Part shown: positions 1-9,118 of the stretch, one piece after another | How the letters are laid out: each line of letters starts with the position of its first letter | How positions within the stretch are numbered: position 1 is the stretch's first letter | From: a bacterium | GTDB taxonomy: Bacteria > Patescibacteriota > Minisyncoccia > Phycocordibacterales > UBA5272 | DNA: 64,000 bases | Assembly: GCA_023267635.1 (NCBI GenBank) | Contig: JAHFMX010000004.1 | Coordinates: 2,837 to 66,836 of the forward strand | Reading direction: 5' to 3' | Program-made: the position numbers and the translations under genes | Notes under the pieces: generated by a model | Told to the model about the DNA's origin: nothing | Databases searched by the model: none | The model's input: the letters and a program-made list of their open reading frames with translations, nothing else

Positions 1-302
1 TTTAAAACAAGGCCGTTTCTGGCTTGAAATACAACAGAAGCTTGCGTGCTCGGTCCAGACCGTACATTTACGCATATTCCTTCATGTGAAGGACCACAAC
101 TTTCTATTACTTGCACATAGTCAAAAAGAACAGGCTCCGTATCGAGTGTGTTCTTAACAGTTGTGATTACTTGTTGTACGATTTCATTTTCAACTAACGC
201 TCCGCCAATTGGTTCCCACGCCAATCTCACCAGAATTACGATAGCAACGATACTAACCCCACAGATGATGTAGAGCTTATCTTTATGTTGTAGACTCTTC
301 AT
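1..302 (-). CDS. N-terminal part of a membrane-anchored protein with an SH3b-like motif (probable L,D-transpeptidase family); runs off the window edge
   Basis: Manual translation MKSLQHKDKLYIICGVSIVAIVILVRLAW...CVNVRSGPSTQASVV: an N-terminal TM helix and a VNVRSGP motif. Not in the ORF track. Confidence 0.55.
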   Translation of the reverse strand, partial: MKSLQHKDKLYIICGVSIVAIVILVRLAWEPIGGALVENEIVQQVITTVKNTLDTEPVLFDYVQVIESCGPSHEGICVNVRSGPSTQASVVFQARNGLVL

Positions 303-387
303 ATGTTTGATTCTATAGGAATCAGAGACAATCCACAAACTTCGAAATCAATTTTTTCGACATGGTATACTCATCAGATAAAAGAGT

Positions 388-1533
388 ATGGCACACGTAG
401 AGACATCAATTTTTTGGATAGAAACAGATAAGATCGTACCAAACCCGTATCAGCCACGACGGGAATTTGATGCTGATAGATTAAAAGAACTCTCAGATAG
501 TATTCGTCAGTACGGAGTGCTTCAGCCGCTTGTTGTTTCAAGAATGGAAACAAGTTTAGAAGATGGTGGAGTGAAGGTGGAGTATGAACTCATCGCAGGA
601 GAGCGACGACTTCGTGCTTCAAAAATGGCAGGGGTCACACAAGTACCAGTTGTTGTTCGTACAGGAGATGACAGTCGTGCAAAATTAGAACTCGCTATCA
701 TTGAAAACCTTCAGCGTGAAGATTTGAATGCTGTTGAGCGTGCACAATCATTCCAGCGTCTTGCTGATGAGTTTAAATTAAATTGGACAGAGGTAGGAAA
801 GAAGATGGGTAAGAGTCGAGAGTATGTTTCAAACACTGTGCGTATCCTAATGCTCCCTCAAGATATTTTGGATGCGCTTTCAAAAGGTCAAATAAGTGAA
901 GGTCATACCCGACCACTTCTTATGCTCATTGATCGACCACAGGAGCAGATGACTTTATTTAAAGAAATGATGGTGCGAAAGATGACGGTTCGTGAAGCAG
1001 AACAAATTGCACGACGTATCGCATTTGAAAAAGTTCGTAAAAAGGATTTGTTTATGACACCTGATGTTGTGGATATGGAAGAGAAGCTTGCTGAGACGCT
1101 TGGTACTCGTGTTCAGATTGAGCCACGCGAACGCGGAGGACGTATTTGGATCGATTATTTTTCTCACGAAGAACTATTAGCGCTTTCTATTGCGATACGA
1201 AAAGCAGGGGAAGCGAAAACACATAAGGGAATGTTTGATAGATTGAAAGAAGAGGATATGCAAACGCTTGCTGAGCAGTCAGGAAGTCCTCGCCATATTC
1301 GTCCAGTAACCGAAGAAGAATTAACACATTTACAGCCACAAGCAACGCAGGAAGAAGTTCGTGAATTAGTTGATACTGCGGCTACACAGGTTTCGAGTGA
1401 AGCAATTGAGGAAGATATCGAGGACACTATCTACGAGCCAACAGACACACTTGTGGACGACAGGTCAATTCAAGAAGTAAAAGAAGAGGAACAGAATGAT
1501 GATCTGTATAACGTGAAGAACTTCGCGATTTAG
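388..1533 (+). CDS. parB: ParB/Spo0J chromosome partitioning protein with an acidic C-terminal tail
   Basis: PNPYQPRREF, GVLQPLVV, LIAGERRLRA and IENLQREDL motifs, plus HTH. Confidence 0.95.
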   Translation: MAHVETSIFWIETDKIVPNPYQPRREFDADRLKELSDSIRQYGVLQPLVVSRMETSLEDGGVKVEYELIAGERRLRASKMAGVTQVPVVVRTGDDSRAKLELAIIENLQREDLNAVERAQSFQRLADEFKLNWTEVGKKMGKSREYVSNTVRILMLPQDILDALSKGQISEGHTRPLLMLIDRPQEQMTLFKEMMVRKMTVREAEQIARRIAFEKVRKKDLFMTPDVVDMEEKLAETLGTRVQIEPRERGGRIWIDYFSHEELLALSIAIRKAGEAKTHKGMFDRLKEEDMQTLAEQSGSPRHIRPVTEEELTHLQPQATQEEVRELVDTAATQVSSEAIEEDIEDTIYEPTDTLVDDRSIQEVKEEEQNDDLYNVKNFAI

Positions 1534-1650
1534 TTCATAAATCATCCTATCTACTTTGTCGCTACGGAATTTTTCTTCGTCAATGTACTATGTGTACATT
1601 TTCTAGAAAAATTTCTATGCTTCGCGTAGCTAGAATAATTTCTGAACTAA
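1531..1650 (+). repeat. Palindromic MITE-like repeat, family A, copy 1
   Basis: Imperfect terminal inverted repeats (tagttcataaatcatcctatctac / gtagctagaataatttctgaacta). The core ctactttgtcgctacgg...gtcaatgta...gcttcgcgta is shared with copies at 20728 and 52626. Confidence 0.8.
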
Positions 1651-1676
1651 AAATCTTTCAAAGAGATAACAGTTAG

Positions 1677-1709
1677 AAAAAGACCGCAGCCGAAGGCTGC
1701 GGTCTTTTT
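1677..1709. terminator. Bidirectional intrinsic terminator between parB and rel
   Basis: aaaaagaccgcagcc-gaa-ggctgcggtcttttt perfect hairpin between convergent genes. Confidence 0.85.
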
Positions 1710-1720
1710 CTATTCCCTAA

Positions 1721-3196
1721 CTATCTTGTTAAGAATTTATCAATCAATCCTCCATGTTCACGGATGTGCTGGCGTATTTTTCTCTTAGCCATAGTGGTAC
1801 GTGCCATCTCAATCCATTTACGTTTTGGAAACGCGCTATCTTTTACATCAATCTCTATTACGTCGCGGTTTTTGAGTGTCGTATCAATTGGAACAAGTTT
1901 GCCATTTATTTTTGCACCAGCAACGTGGTCTCCAATTTTTGAGTGAACTGCGTATGCGAAATCAATTGGAGTTGATCCTTCAGGAAGGTCGATAACATCT
2001 CCTTTCGGTGTAAGAACAAATACACGCTTTTCAAAAAAGTCAGTCCGAAGGTTTTTCATAAACTCTTGGTGGTGCTCCACATCTTTTTGCCACTCAAGAA
2101 GATCTTTTGTCCAACCAATCTTTCTTTTTATTTCTTGCTCAGTCATGTTGCCATTTGCTTTACCAATTTCTTTATATGACAAATGAGAAGCAATACCGTA
2201 TTCAGCCTCTTCGTGCATATCTTTTGTTTTGATTTGAATTTCAAGCGTTGTTCCGTCTCCCGAGAAAATGGTTGTGTGGAGCGATCGGTAGCCGTTTGGT
2301 TTAGGCACCGCAATATAGTCCTTGAAGCGGCCTGGAACAGGTCTGTAGAGCCCGTGGATGACCCCAAGAGCCTGATAACAGTCAGAAGGTGATGGTACAA
2401 GTATACGAAGGGCAATCACATCGTAAATCTTGCTCTGGTCCATTTTATAGCGCTTTAGTTTATGCCACAATGAATAGAGGTGTTTGATACGTGAGTCGAT
2501 ACGTTCAATGCGAACGTCAAAGATTGAAAGTTCTTCTTCTAATTTTCCTACCACTTTTTCAAGTTGTTCATCAGAGATAGGGCGGAGAGATTTAAAGAGC
2601 TCAACAGTTTGTTTGTACTCTTCAGGATACACATAAGGAAATGCTGCGTCTTCAAGTTCTGCTTTTAATCGTCCCATACCCAAACGGTCAGCAAGACGGG
2701 CGTGGAGTTCTATTGTTTCGAGTGCGATGCGTTGCTGTTTATGTGCGTCTACATATTGTAGTGTCTGAATATTGTGAAGTCTGTCGCAGAGTTTAATAAC
2801 CACCACACGAATATCGTCCGCCATAGCAACGAAAAATTTTCGTAGTGATTCCACGTGACGCTCTACACCTGAGTATCGTAGCTTGCCAAGTTTTGTTACC
2901 CCTTGAACGAGTTTAGTGATGTGCCCACCAAATTCTGCAGTCATTTCTTCCTCTGTAACATCTGTGTCTTCAAGTACGTCATGCATGATTCCAGCAGCGA
3001 TGGTATCACTGTCCATTTTAAGGGTGGCAAGATTGTATCCTGTTGCAAATACGTGGTTGTAGTAGGGTTCACCTGATTTGCGCACCTGTCCACGGTGGGC
3101 TTTTTCTGCGAAAACGCAAGCACGAGAAATGAGCTCCTTTTCGGATTTTGGTAGTTTCGGCAGTAGTTCAAAAATTCTCTCGGGAGAGGTGTCCAT
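1721..3196 (-). CDS. rel: RelA/SpoT-family (p)ppGpp synthetase/hydrolase (HD + synthetase + TGS, no ACT domain)
   Basis: RKSGEPY, HDVLEDT, RFKDYIAVPKPNGYRSLHT, EIQIKT, TPIDFAYAVHS. Start moved to ATG 3196, which follows TGG-TATTGT-N6. Confidence 0.93.
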   Translation of the reverse strand: MDTSPERIFELLPKLPKSEKELISRACVFAEKAHRGQVRKSGEPYYNHVFATGYNLATLKMDSDTIAAGIMHDVLEDTDVTEEEMTAEFGGHITKLVQGVTKLGKLRYSGVERHVESLRKFFVAMADDIRVVVIKLCDRLHNIQTLQYVDAHKQQRIALETIELHARLADRLGMGRLKAELEDAAFPYVYPEEYKQTVELFKSLRPISDEQLEKVVGKLEEELSIFDVRIERIDSRIKHLYSLWHKLKRYKMDQSKIYDVIALRILVPSPSDCYQALGVIHGLYRPVPGRFKDYIAVPKPNGYRSLHTTIFSGDGTTLEIQIKTKDMHEEAEYGIASHLSYKEIGKANGNMTEQEIKRKIGWTKDLLEWQKDVEHHQEFMKNLRTDFFEKRVFVLTPKGDVIDLPEGSTPIDFAYAVHSKIGDHVAGAKINGKLVPIDTTLKNRDVIEIDVKDSAFPKRKWIEMARTTMAKRKIRQHIREHGGLIDKFLTR

Positions 3197-3233
3197 CTCC
3201 TTACAATACCACAGCAAAGAATGTTTTCAAGAA

Positions 3234-5453
3234 TTATTTCTTCGCTTCTCCCATCTTGTGTGGATTGTGCATTGGGCACGTTTTATCTGAACATCTTTCT
3301 GGGATAGTTTTCGTTCCTTCCATCATAAGTTCTTTACAGATTGGACAGCGATTACCTGTTGGTTTTGTTTTGATTGCATGTTTACAGTCAGGGTAGTTAG
3401 TACATGAGTAGAACACTCCAAAGCGTCCTCGGCGTTCTTCAAATACTCCGTCAGCACACCAACCACATGAAATACCAGTTGATTTTTTCTTACGCTCTTC
3501 TTCGTCTTGTTCAATATATTTACACTTAGGATAATTTGAACAGGCGATAAACTTCCCGTAACGTCCTTCACGTTCCATTAATTCACCACCGCCATTTTTG
3601 CCAGTGATGTCTCCACACTTAGGACATTTTCGTCCAAGAGACTTTGGTCCTTCCATGACACTGCCATCGAGTTTTCGTGCGCCCATACAATCAGGGTATC
3701 GTGCACAAGAGTAAAACTTTCCTGTACGAGCAAGTTTAATTACCATCTTTGAATTACAAAGAGGACAGAGAATATCATCAGGTGCTTCACCTAGATTCGT
3801 CGCTTTCTCAAGTTTCTCTTTTGATTTCACATCCTTAAGAAAAGGTCCGTAGAAATCTTTGAGTGTCTTCAAATAGGTTGCTTCTCCATTAGCAATTTTG
3901 TCGAGCTTATCTTCCATGTCCGCAGTGAAGGTGTCAGAAATATATTCACCGAGTTGTTCTTCGAGGAATGAGGTAACCACTTCTCCTGTATCCGTTGGGT
4001 GAAGCGCTTTGTTTATTTTTTCTACATATCCACGAGCTTCGATGGTTCCAATAATAGAAGCGTACGTTGAAGGTCGTCCAATACCACGCTTTTCCAATTC
4101 TTTAATAAGTCCAGCTTCAGAATAACGTGCTGGTGGTTGCGTTTGCTTTTCGATTGATTGGAGTGTCGTGAGAGTGAGTGTGCTTCCAACAGTAAGTTCT
4201 GGTAACTGTACATCATCTCCGCGAGCATCAGGATCTGCCATAAGCCATCCTTGGAATGTAACAACAGAACCAGTTACTGAAAAGTTTGGAATTGTTTCTT
4301 TAGATCCAACAATGTTTGCAATCACTTTTGAACGTCTGAGTTTTGCATCTTTCATTTGACTCGATACCGTTCTTTCCCAAATGAGAGAATAGAGTTTCTT
4401 TTCATCATCAGTTGTTCCAGCAGTACGCGCACTCGCATGTGTTGGACGAATCGCTTCATGGGCTTCCTGTGCGTTTTTTGCTTTTGTCTTATATGTTCGA
4501 ACTTCAAGGAAGTTTTTCCCGAAGATATTTTCTACTGTCGTAGCAATTTCGCCAAGTGCTGTACTTGAAAGAGTTGTAGAGTCTGTACGCATGTAGGTAA
4601 TGAGACCTTTTTCGTAGAGCTTCTGAGCGATTCCCATAGTACGAGACGGAGCATATCCTAAACGAGATGATGCTGTCTGTTGCAACGTTGAAGTTGTAAA
4701 TGGTGCACGAGGTGAACGTGATACATCTGATCCGTCGAGCGCTGTTACTTCCCACGCATGTTTACGTCCAAGAGAAACGATACGCTCAGCTTCTCCTTGT
4801 ACAGTAGGTTCAACTTCACACTCCATTGCAAGCGTGTAGCTTTTACTTTCTTTCATTCTTCCTTCTGTTTTCCATTCACCAGCTAGTACGAAATACGTCA
4901 CAGGGATGAACGCTCTGATTTCTCTTTCACGTTCCATAACAATACGAAGTGCAGGGGATTGTACTCGCCCAGCAGAAAGTCCGTAACGAACTTTTTTCCA
5001 GATAATGCCCGAAAGATCATATCCAACCAAACGATCAAGCACACGACGAGCTTCTTGGGCTTCCTTTAAGTTATTGTCGATTTCTCGAGGTTGCTTGATG
5101 GCTTCTTTAATAGCGCTTTCTGTAATTTCGTGGAAAGCTACACGTTTTGCGTTCTTAAGTCCAATAGCTTCTTTAATGTGCCATGCGATAGCCTCTCCTT
5201 CACGGTCGGGGTCGGTTGCGAGTAGTACAGTAGTAGCCTTCTTTGAAAGCATCTTAAGTTCTTCTACTATTTTTTCTTTCCCTGCAGAGATTTCATAGTG
5301 CGGAATAAACCCACCTTCAATGTCGATTGCCTTCTTGTTTGATTTAGGAAGATCACGTATGTGTCCAACGGACGCGCGCACTTCAAATTCACCGCCGAGA
5401 TATTTGGCGATGGTCTTTGCTTTCGATGGGCTTTCTACAATTAATAGTTTCAT
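3234..5453 (-). CDS. topA: DNA topoisomerase I with C-terminal zinc ribbons
   Basis: LLIVESPSKAK, ATDPDREGEAI, SAGRVQS, ITYMRTDS, GIGRPSTYA and C4 Zn repeats. Confidence 0.97.
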   Translation of the reverse strand: MKLLIVESPSKAKTIAKYLGGEFEVRASVGHIRDLPKSNKKAIDIEGGFIPHYEISAGKEKIVEELKMLSKKATTVLLATDPDREGEAIAWHIKEAIGLKNAKRVAFHEITESAIKEAIKQPREIDNNLKEAQEARRVLDRLVGYDLSGIIWKKVRYGLSAGRVQSPALRIVMEREREIRAFIPVTYFVLAGEWKTEGRMKESKSYTLAMECEVEPTVQGEAERIVSLGRKHAWEVTALDGSDVSRSPRAPFTTSTLQQTASSRLGYAPSRTMGIAQKLYEKGLITYMRTDSTTLSSTALGEIATTVENIFGKNFLEVRTYKTKAKNAQEAHEAIRPTHASARTAGTTDDEKKLYSLIWERTVSSQMKDAKLRRSKVIANIVGSKETIPNFSVTGSVVTFQGWLMADPDARGDDVQLPELTVGSTLTLTTLQSIEKQTQPPARYSEAGLIKELEKRGIGRPSTYASIIGTIEARGYVEKINKALHPTDTGEVVTSFLEEQLGEYISDTFTADMEDKLDKIANGEATYLKTLKDFYGPFLKDVKSKEKLEKATNLGEAPDDILCPLCNSKMVIKLARTGKFYSCARYPDCMGARKLDGSVMEGPKSLGRKCPKCGDITGKNGGGELMEREGRYGKFIACSNYPKCKYIEQDEEERKKKSTGISCGWCADGVFEERRGRFGVFYSCTNYPDCKHAIKTKPTGNRCPICKELMMEGTKTIPERCSDKTCPMHNPHKMGEAKK

Positions 5454-5467
5454 AAGTCATTCGTACA

Positions 5468-6364
5468 TTACACTACTTTTCTAACTTCGCCAAATGTCTC
5501 CTGTATAGAACCTTTCATTTCAAGTGATGAAAGTGTCATAAGAAATTGATCAGGAGGCAGTTCACTTCGCACGAGTAATGTATCTTTTTCTAAAGGTTCA
5601 GTAAGTAAATCTAAAATCTTCTTTTCTTCTTTTGAGTATACTTGCTCATCTTCTTTTTCTTCTCTTTTTTCTAAGTGAAGGAGATCATGAAGATCGTCAG
5701 CATTACGCAGAATATATGCTCCTTCTTTAATTAACATATTTGTTCCATAGGAAGATTCAGAAAAAATATCTCCAGGAAGTGCTCCTATGTCACGTCCTAA
5801 TTCAAGTGCCTGTCGTGCGGTTATCAGTGTGCCTGATTTTTCTGTTGCTTCAACCACGAAGAGTGCGTCTGATAGTGCTGCCATAATACGATTTCGTGCT
5901 GGGAAGGTCCATTGTGCGGCAGACATCTCTGGCGCGAATTCTGAAAGTAATACTCCACCTGAAGCAACAATCTGTTCAGCTAACCCTAGATTAGTTCTGG
6001 GGTAGATAACCTTAGTATCAAGTCCGCTTCCAGGAACCGCAATGGTTACCAGATTATTTCTGAGAGCTGCTTCATGACTTAGTCCATCAACACCAAGCGC
6101 AAGGCCAGAAAGAATAATAACAGGCTCTCCGCGAAGTGAGCCAAGTAATTTCTCTACAGCAAGTTTTCCGTAGCTGGTATATTTTCGTGATCCAATGACC
6201 GTGAGAATACGTGGAGTTGCGCGACCGTATATATCGAGCGTTACTTTTGGGAGCGTTCCTGCAACGTAGAGTTGCTCAGGTACATCGTGGAGTTCAAGTA
6301 AGCGCGCAAGAAGTGGATGGTTTTTAAATTCTTCACGCGGGATAATTGAAAGAGGAAAGGGCAT
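5468..6364 (-). CDS. dprA: DNA processing protein DprA/Smf
   Basis: IGSR, SGLALGVD, FPARNRIMAALS, SGTLITA; conserved dprA-topA synteny. Confidence 0.95.
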   Translation of the reverse strand: MPFPLSIIPREEFKNHPLLARLLELHDVPEQLYVAGTLPKVTLDIYGRATPRILTVIGSRKYTSYGKLAVEKLLGSLRGEPVIILSGLALGVDGLSHEAALRNNLVTIAVPGSGLDTKVIYPRTNLGLAEQIVASGGVLLSEFAPEMSAAQWTFPARNRIMAALSDALFVVEATEKSGTLITARQALELGRDIGALPGDIFSESSYGTNMLIKEGAYILRNADDLHDLLHLEKREEKEDEQVYSKEEKKILDLLTEPLEKDTLLVRSELPPDQFLMTLSSLEMKGSIQETFGEVRKVV

Positions 6365-6410
6365 GAGCTCAGTCTATAGGTAATAGTCATTAGATGGTAG
6401 TGGAGAATAC

Positions 6411-6492
6411 AAAAGTGCCCCGACGCGCAGGACTACGATTTCAAAAAATTGATTACAATTTAAGAAATCGGGAGTCTACGACGTCGGGGCAC
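6411..6492. repeat. Family B repeat (6428-6474, reverse orientation) inside a terminator-like hairpin
   Basis: Reverse complement ctcccgatttcttaaattgtaatcaattttttgaaatcgtagtcctg matches copies at 23693 and 47196; flanked by gtgccccgacg/cgtcggggcac. Confidence 0.75.
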
Positions 6493-6496
6493 GAAT

Positions 6497-7243
6497 TCAG
6501 AAGCAGGCTAGTCCACCACTATGTGGGTATGGAATTGAGTGTGCCTTAAGAGCGGTAACAGAGATGCCATTTTTACTTGTCTCAACGGATGACCAATTAC
6601 TGCGAATGAATTTCCAGTCCCGCGTTACAATCCTTGGCTGTCCGAAGAGTGGCCACAGTATTTTTTCTGAAAGAGTTTCGGGTTGCAGCACTCCGCGCGC
6701 AACAAAATGAACTTCATCCACCATGTTTACGGCCGCCTTCGGCGGAACACCTATCTGAAGTACCGAGCTTTTGCCAGCAGGGACAATTGAACACCCTTTC
6801 GGCGGAATATTTGCAAACGGCGTTGCGTCGTTACGAGATTCCTCGTAACGAATATAGGTGATGCCATTTGCCGTGAAGCTGGTCTCGCTCCCTTCTTGTA
6901 CTGGTTGGAAATAGAGCTTGCCTGGCACTGGAGGTAAATCCCCGCTTTCTAATTGGACGAAAAGAGCAACTTTACCTGATCTTTCTTCTGGATGTGTAAA
7001 AGAAAATTTTACAAAATCAGGATGAACGAAAAAGAAAACAAGCAAACTGGTTACGGCAAGGCGCCAGGTGTTGTGTTTTAGAAAATCTTTTCCTGCTGGC
7101 GTTTCCCATTGACTAGGGCGGTACCAAGCAAAAAATCCAACAATAGCTGCGAATAAACCGAGAAAGAGTTTGGAAATAACCCACACGATACCTTTTCCAG
7201 TACCTTCGCCAAGTTGTTCAGAAAGTTTATTAAAGCCACCCAT
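6497..7243 (-). CDS. Hypothetical membrane protein (2 N-terminal TM helices), ORFan cassette
   Basis: 248-aa ORF with hydrophobic segments; purine-rich aaaggggg upstream. Confidence 0.65.
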   Translation of the reverse strand: MGGFNKLSEQLGEGTGKGIVWVISKLFLGLFAAIVGFFAWYRPSQWETPAGKDFLKHNTWRLAVTSLLVFFFVHPDFVKFSFTHPEERSGKVALFVQLESGDLPPVPGKLYFQPVQEGSETSFTANGITYIRYEESRNDATPFANIPPKGCSIVPAGKSSVLQIGVPPKAAVNMVDEVHFVARGVLQPETLSEKILWPLFGQPRIVTRDWKFIRSNWSSVETSKNGISVTALKAHSIPYPHSGGLACF

Positions 7244-7383
7244 GACGGACCCCCTTTAGTAAAGAGCAGAATTTCTGTATCATACGAAAGAACAGTCGAA
7301 AAAGCAATTATGGAGAGTTTGCGCCCAGAAACACTTCATAGTAGTATTCGTCCCAGTTAAACAATGTTCTTTGGAGGATGCAT

Positions 7384-8226
7384 ATGAAACTCTCACCAAC
7401 CGCTTCGCATGTTGTGGTCCTTTTGACTGGATTTATTGTTGCTAGTTCGGTATATCTTCTGTTGGCTGGAGAAGGATACTATTCTTTTGGTCCAGTACAC
7501 GTCTATCGAAACGGCCTCGCGGCGGCGCTGGCACTTGTTGTTTTTGGATTACTTGGTCGGTATTGGCATGTTTCAATCGAGCCCAACACTCAAGGTATCC
7601 AAGTGTTCCTCGGAACACAGAATGGTGAAGTGTGGAATGAAGGCAGTTTTCACTTCATACCTCGTCCCGTTTGGGATATTTGGAAATCGATGTCCGTTGA
7701 ACATTTTGTCTTTACTGTCGCGGCACAGAATCGCACCAGTGAAGGACATCAGATGATGGTGCTTGCCACAGGAAGGGCAATACCCACGGACGCATATGGG
7801 CTAGCAAAAGTAAGTCGAGAGGATCTGACCACCCAACTTATTGGACTCTCAATGCAAACAATTGGCGCATACATCAACAGAGAGCCCCGAGCGAACTTAT
7901 TAAGTTTTCCGGCTTACAACCTTTCTGAATGGTTTGTGTATGACCATCTACACCATGATTTCAACACGTACGGTGTACGAGTAAGTTTGAGCACTACCAA
8001 GGTGGTGGAAATAAATCCGAAAACCATGGAACAGTTTGATGCGCTTGCTCGGACCAAGGATATGGATGCCATCGTCCAGACTCTGAAGGTTTCATTCCCA
8101 GAAACTAGTGATATTGAGCGCTACGCCATCTATGCCACCATGGTAGGGATTAAACCCACGGTAATGACTCACATTATCAAAGGCGGAAACGGAAACATCA
8201 TTCTCGATGGGCATCAAGATACTTAA
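7384..8226 (+). CDS. SPFH/Band 7-like membrane protein
   Basis: 2 TM helices, then VSIEPNTQGIQVFLG...EGSFHFIP typical of the SPFH N-terminus; SD ggagg 6 nt before ATG 7384. Confidence 0.6.
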   Translation: MKLSPTASHVVVLLTGFIVASSVYLLLAGEGYYSFGPVHVYRNGLAAALALVVFGLLGRYWHVSIEPNTQGIQVFLGTQNGEVWNEGSFHFIPRPVWDIWKSMSVEHFVFTVAAQNRTSEGHQMMVLATGRAIPTDAYGLAKVSREDLTTQLIGLSMQTIGAYINREPRANLLSFPAYNLSEWFVYDHLHHDFNTYGVRVSLSTTKVVEINPKTMEQFDALARTKDMDAIVQTLKVSFPETSDIERYAIYATMVGIKPTVMTHIIKGGNGNIILDGHQDT

Positions 8227-8234
8227 AGGCAGCC

Positions 8235-8263
8235 AAAAGTGTAACCCGAGGGTTACACTTTTT
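8235..8263. terminator. Intrinsic terminator
   Basis: aaaagtgtaaccc-ga-gggttacacttttt. Confidence 0.8.
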
Positions 8264-8268
8264 AATTT

Positions 8269-8315
8269 GTGCCCAGGGCGGGACTCGAACCCGCACGCTG
8301 TATATCAGCTGAGGA
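8269..8315 (-). pseudogene. Orphan 3' half of tRNA-Leu (anticodon 3' strand, variable arm, T arm, acceptor 3' strand)
   Basis: Minus strand tcctcagctgatatacagcgtgcgggttcgagtcccgccctgggcac is near-identical to the 3' half of tRNA-Leu(TAA) at 8864; no 5' half seen. Confidence 0.75.
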
Positions 8316-8398
8316 AGTTGCGCTAAGTCTGTTTAATGTAGACAGAATTGAAGGCGGACAATCTCCTATAACCTAAAGTTCAGGTAAGTGAATGAACG

Positions 8399-8436
8399 CA
8401 AAACGCGGTCCCGTTAGGGACCGCGTTTTTCTTTTT
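8399..8436. terminator. Bidirectional terminator downstream of tRNA-Lys
   Basis: aaaacgcggtccc-gtta-gggaccgcgttttt. Confidence 0.8.
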
Positions 8437-8440
8437 GATG

Positions 8441-8513
8441 TGTCCCCAGAAGGGATCGAACCTTCGACCTGCGGATTAAGAGTCCGATGCTCTACCAGCT
8501 GAGCTATAGGGAC
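8441..8513 (-). tRNA. tRNA-Lys(CTT)
   Basis: Cloverleaf GTCCCTATAGCTCAGCTGGTAGAGCA...CTCTTAA...GGTTCGATCC; CCA not encoded. Confidence 0.95.
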
Positions 8514-8623
8514 ATTGACACACGCAGAACACTATACCATAGTATGAAAAACTTTTCTAGATATGTTAGTATGGTATCTATTATGAGGGCGGAACCAAGA
8601 GGTTCCGCCCTCAATAAAAGAAT

Positions 8624-8697
8624 GACGCAGTGGCGAAGTGGCCTAACGCTGCGGTTTGCAAAACCGCCATTCGCGGGTTCGACTCCCGCCTGCGTCT
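8624..8697 (+). tRNA. tRNA-Cys(GCA)
   Basis: Acceptor GACGCAG/CTGCGTC, anticodon arm gcggt-TTGCAAA-accgc, T-loop GGTTCGACTCC. Confidence 0.95.
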
Positions 8698-8830
8698 CAC
8701 GAAGTGAGTAAAGGAAAAAGCCACCTGCGTGGCTTTTGTCGGGAGTCGAATAGGGGTCGCGAAGTCTTCTGTTTCGAGTATTCACGAAACTAGACTTTGT
8801 GACCGAATCTCCCCGCCTGCGTCTCACGAA
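8698..8830 (+). mobile_element. tRNA-3'-associated miniature element after tRNA-Cys
   Basis: 19-bp direct repeat cccgcctgcgtctcacgaa (8685-8703 and 8812-8830), inverted T-arm copy at 8740-8750, internal hairpin. Confidence 0.65.
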
Positions 8831-8863
8831 AGGAATGTGCTAGAATACAGCCTATAAAACCCT

Positions 8864-8946
8864 GCCCGGGTGATGGAATGGTAGACATAGAGGACTTAAA
8901 ATCCTCGGCTGGTTACAGCGTGCGGGTTCGAGTCCCGCCCTGGGCA
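8864..8946 (+). tRNA. tRNA-Leu(TAA)
   Basis: gagga-CTTAAAA-tcctc anticodon arm, long variable arm, GGTTCGAGTCC. Confidence 0.95.
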
Positions 8947-9118
8947 CATGAAAATAAAAATACCGAAATCATTTTTCGGTATTTTTATTTTTACATGCAG
9001 GGCGGGACTCGAACCGCGGGCCGCAACCTGCGAAGAGCAGGTGTAGGTTTCGAGGCAAGCATGCCGAGAGGCGAGTCCCGCTGCCAAGCTTCGAATCTGC
9101 TGATTCGCCTGGGCACAT
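8947..9118 (+). mobile_element. tRNA-3'-associated miniature element after tRNA-Leu(TAA)
   Basis: Inverted copy cagggcgggactcgaacc at 8998-9015; interrupted direct copy cgagtcccgc (9072-9081) ... cctgggcacat (to 9118). Confidence 0.6.

Noticed and set aside
3197-3202. aaggag before rel as a Shine-Dalgarno site
   Set aside because: It abuts the ATG with zero spacing and fills the 6-nt gap after a -10 box, which fits the leaderless pattern better.
8269-8440. Group I intron-containing tRNA-Leu or tmRNA
   Set aside because: No 5' exon is found nearby, the segment is too short, no group I core is recognisable, and the acceptor end is Leu-type rather than the Ala-type end of tmRNA.
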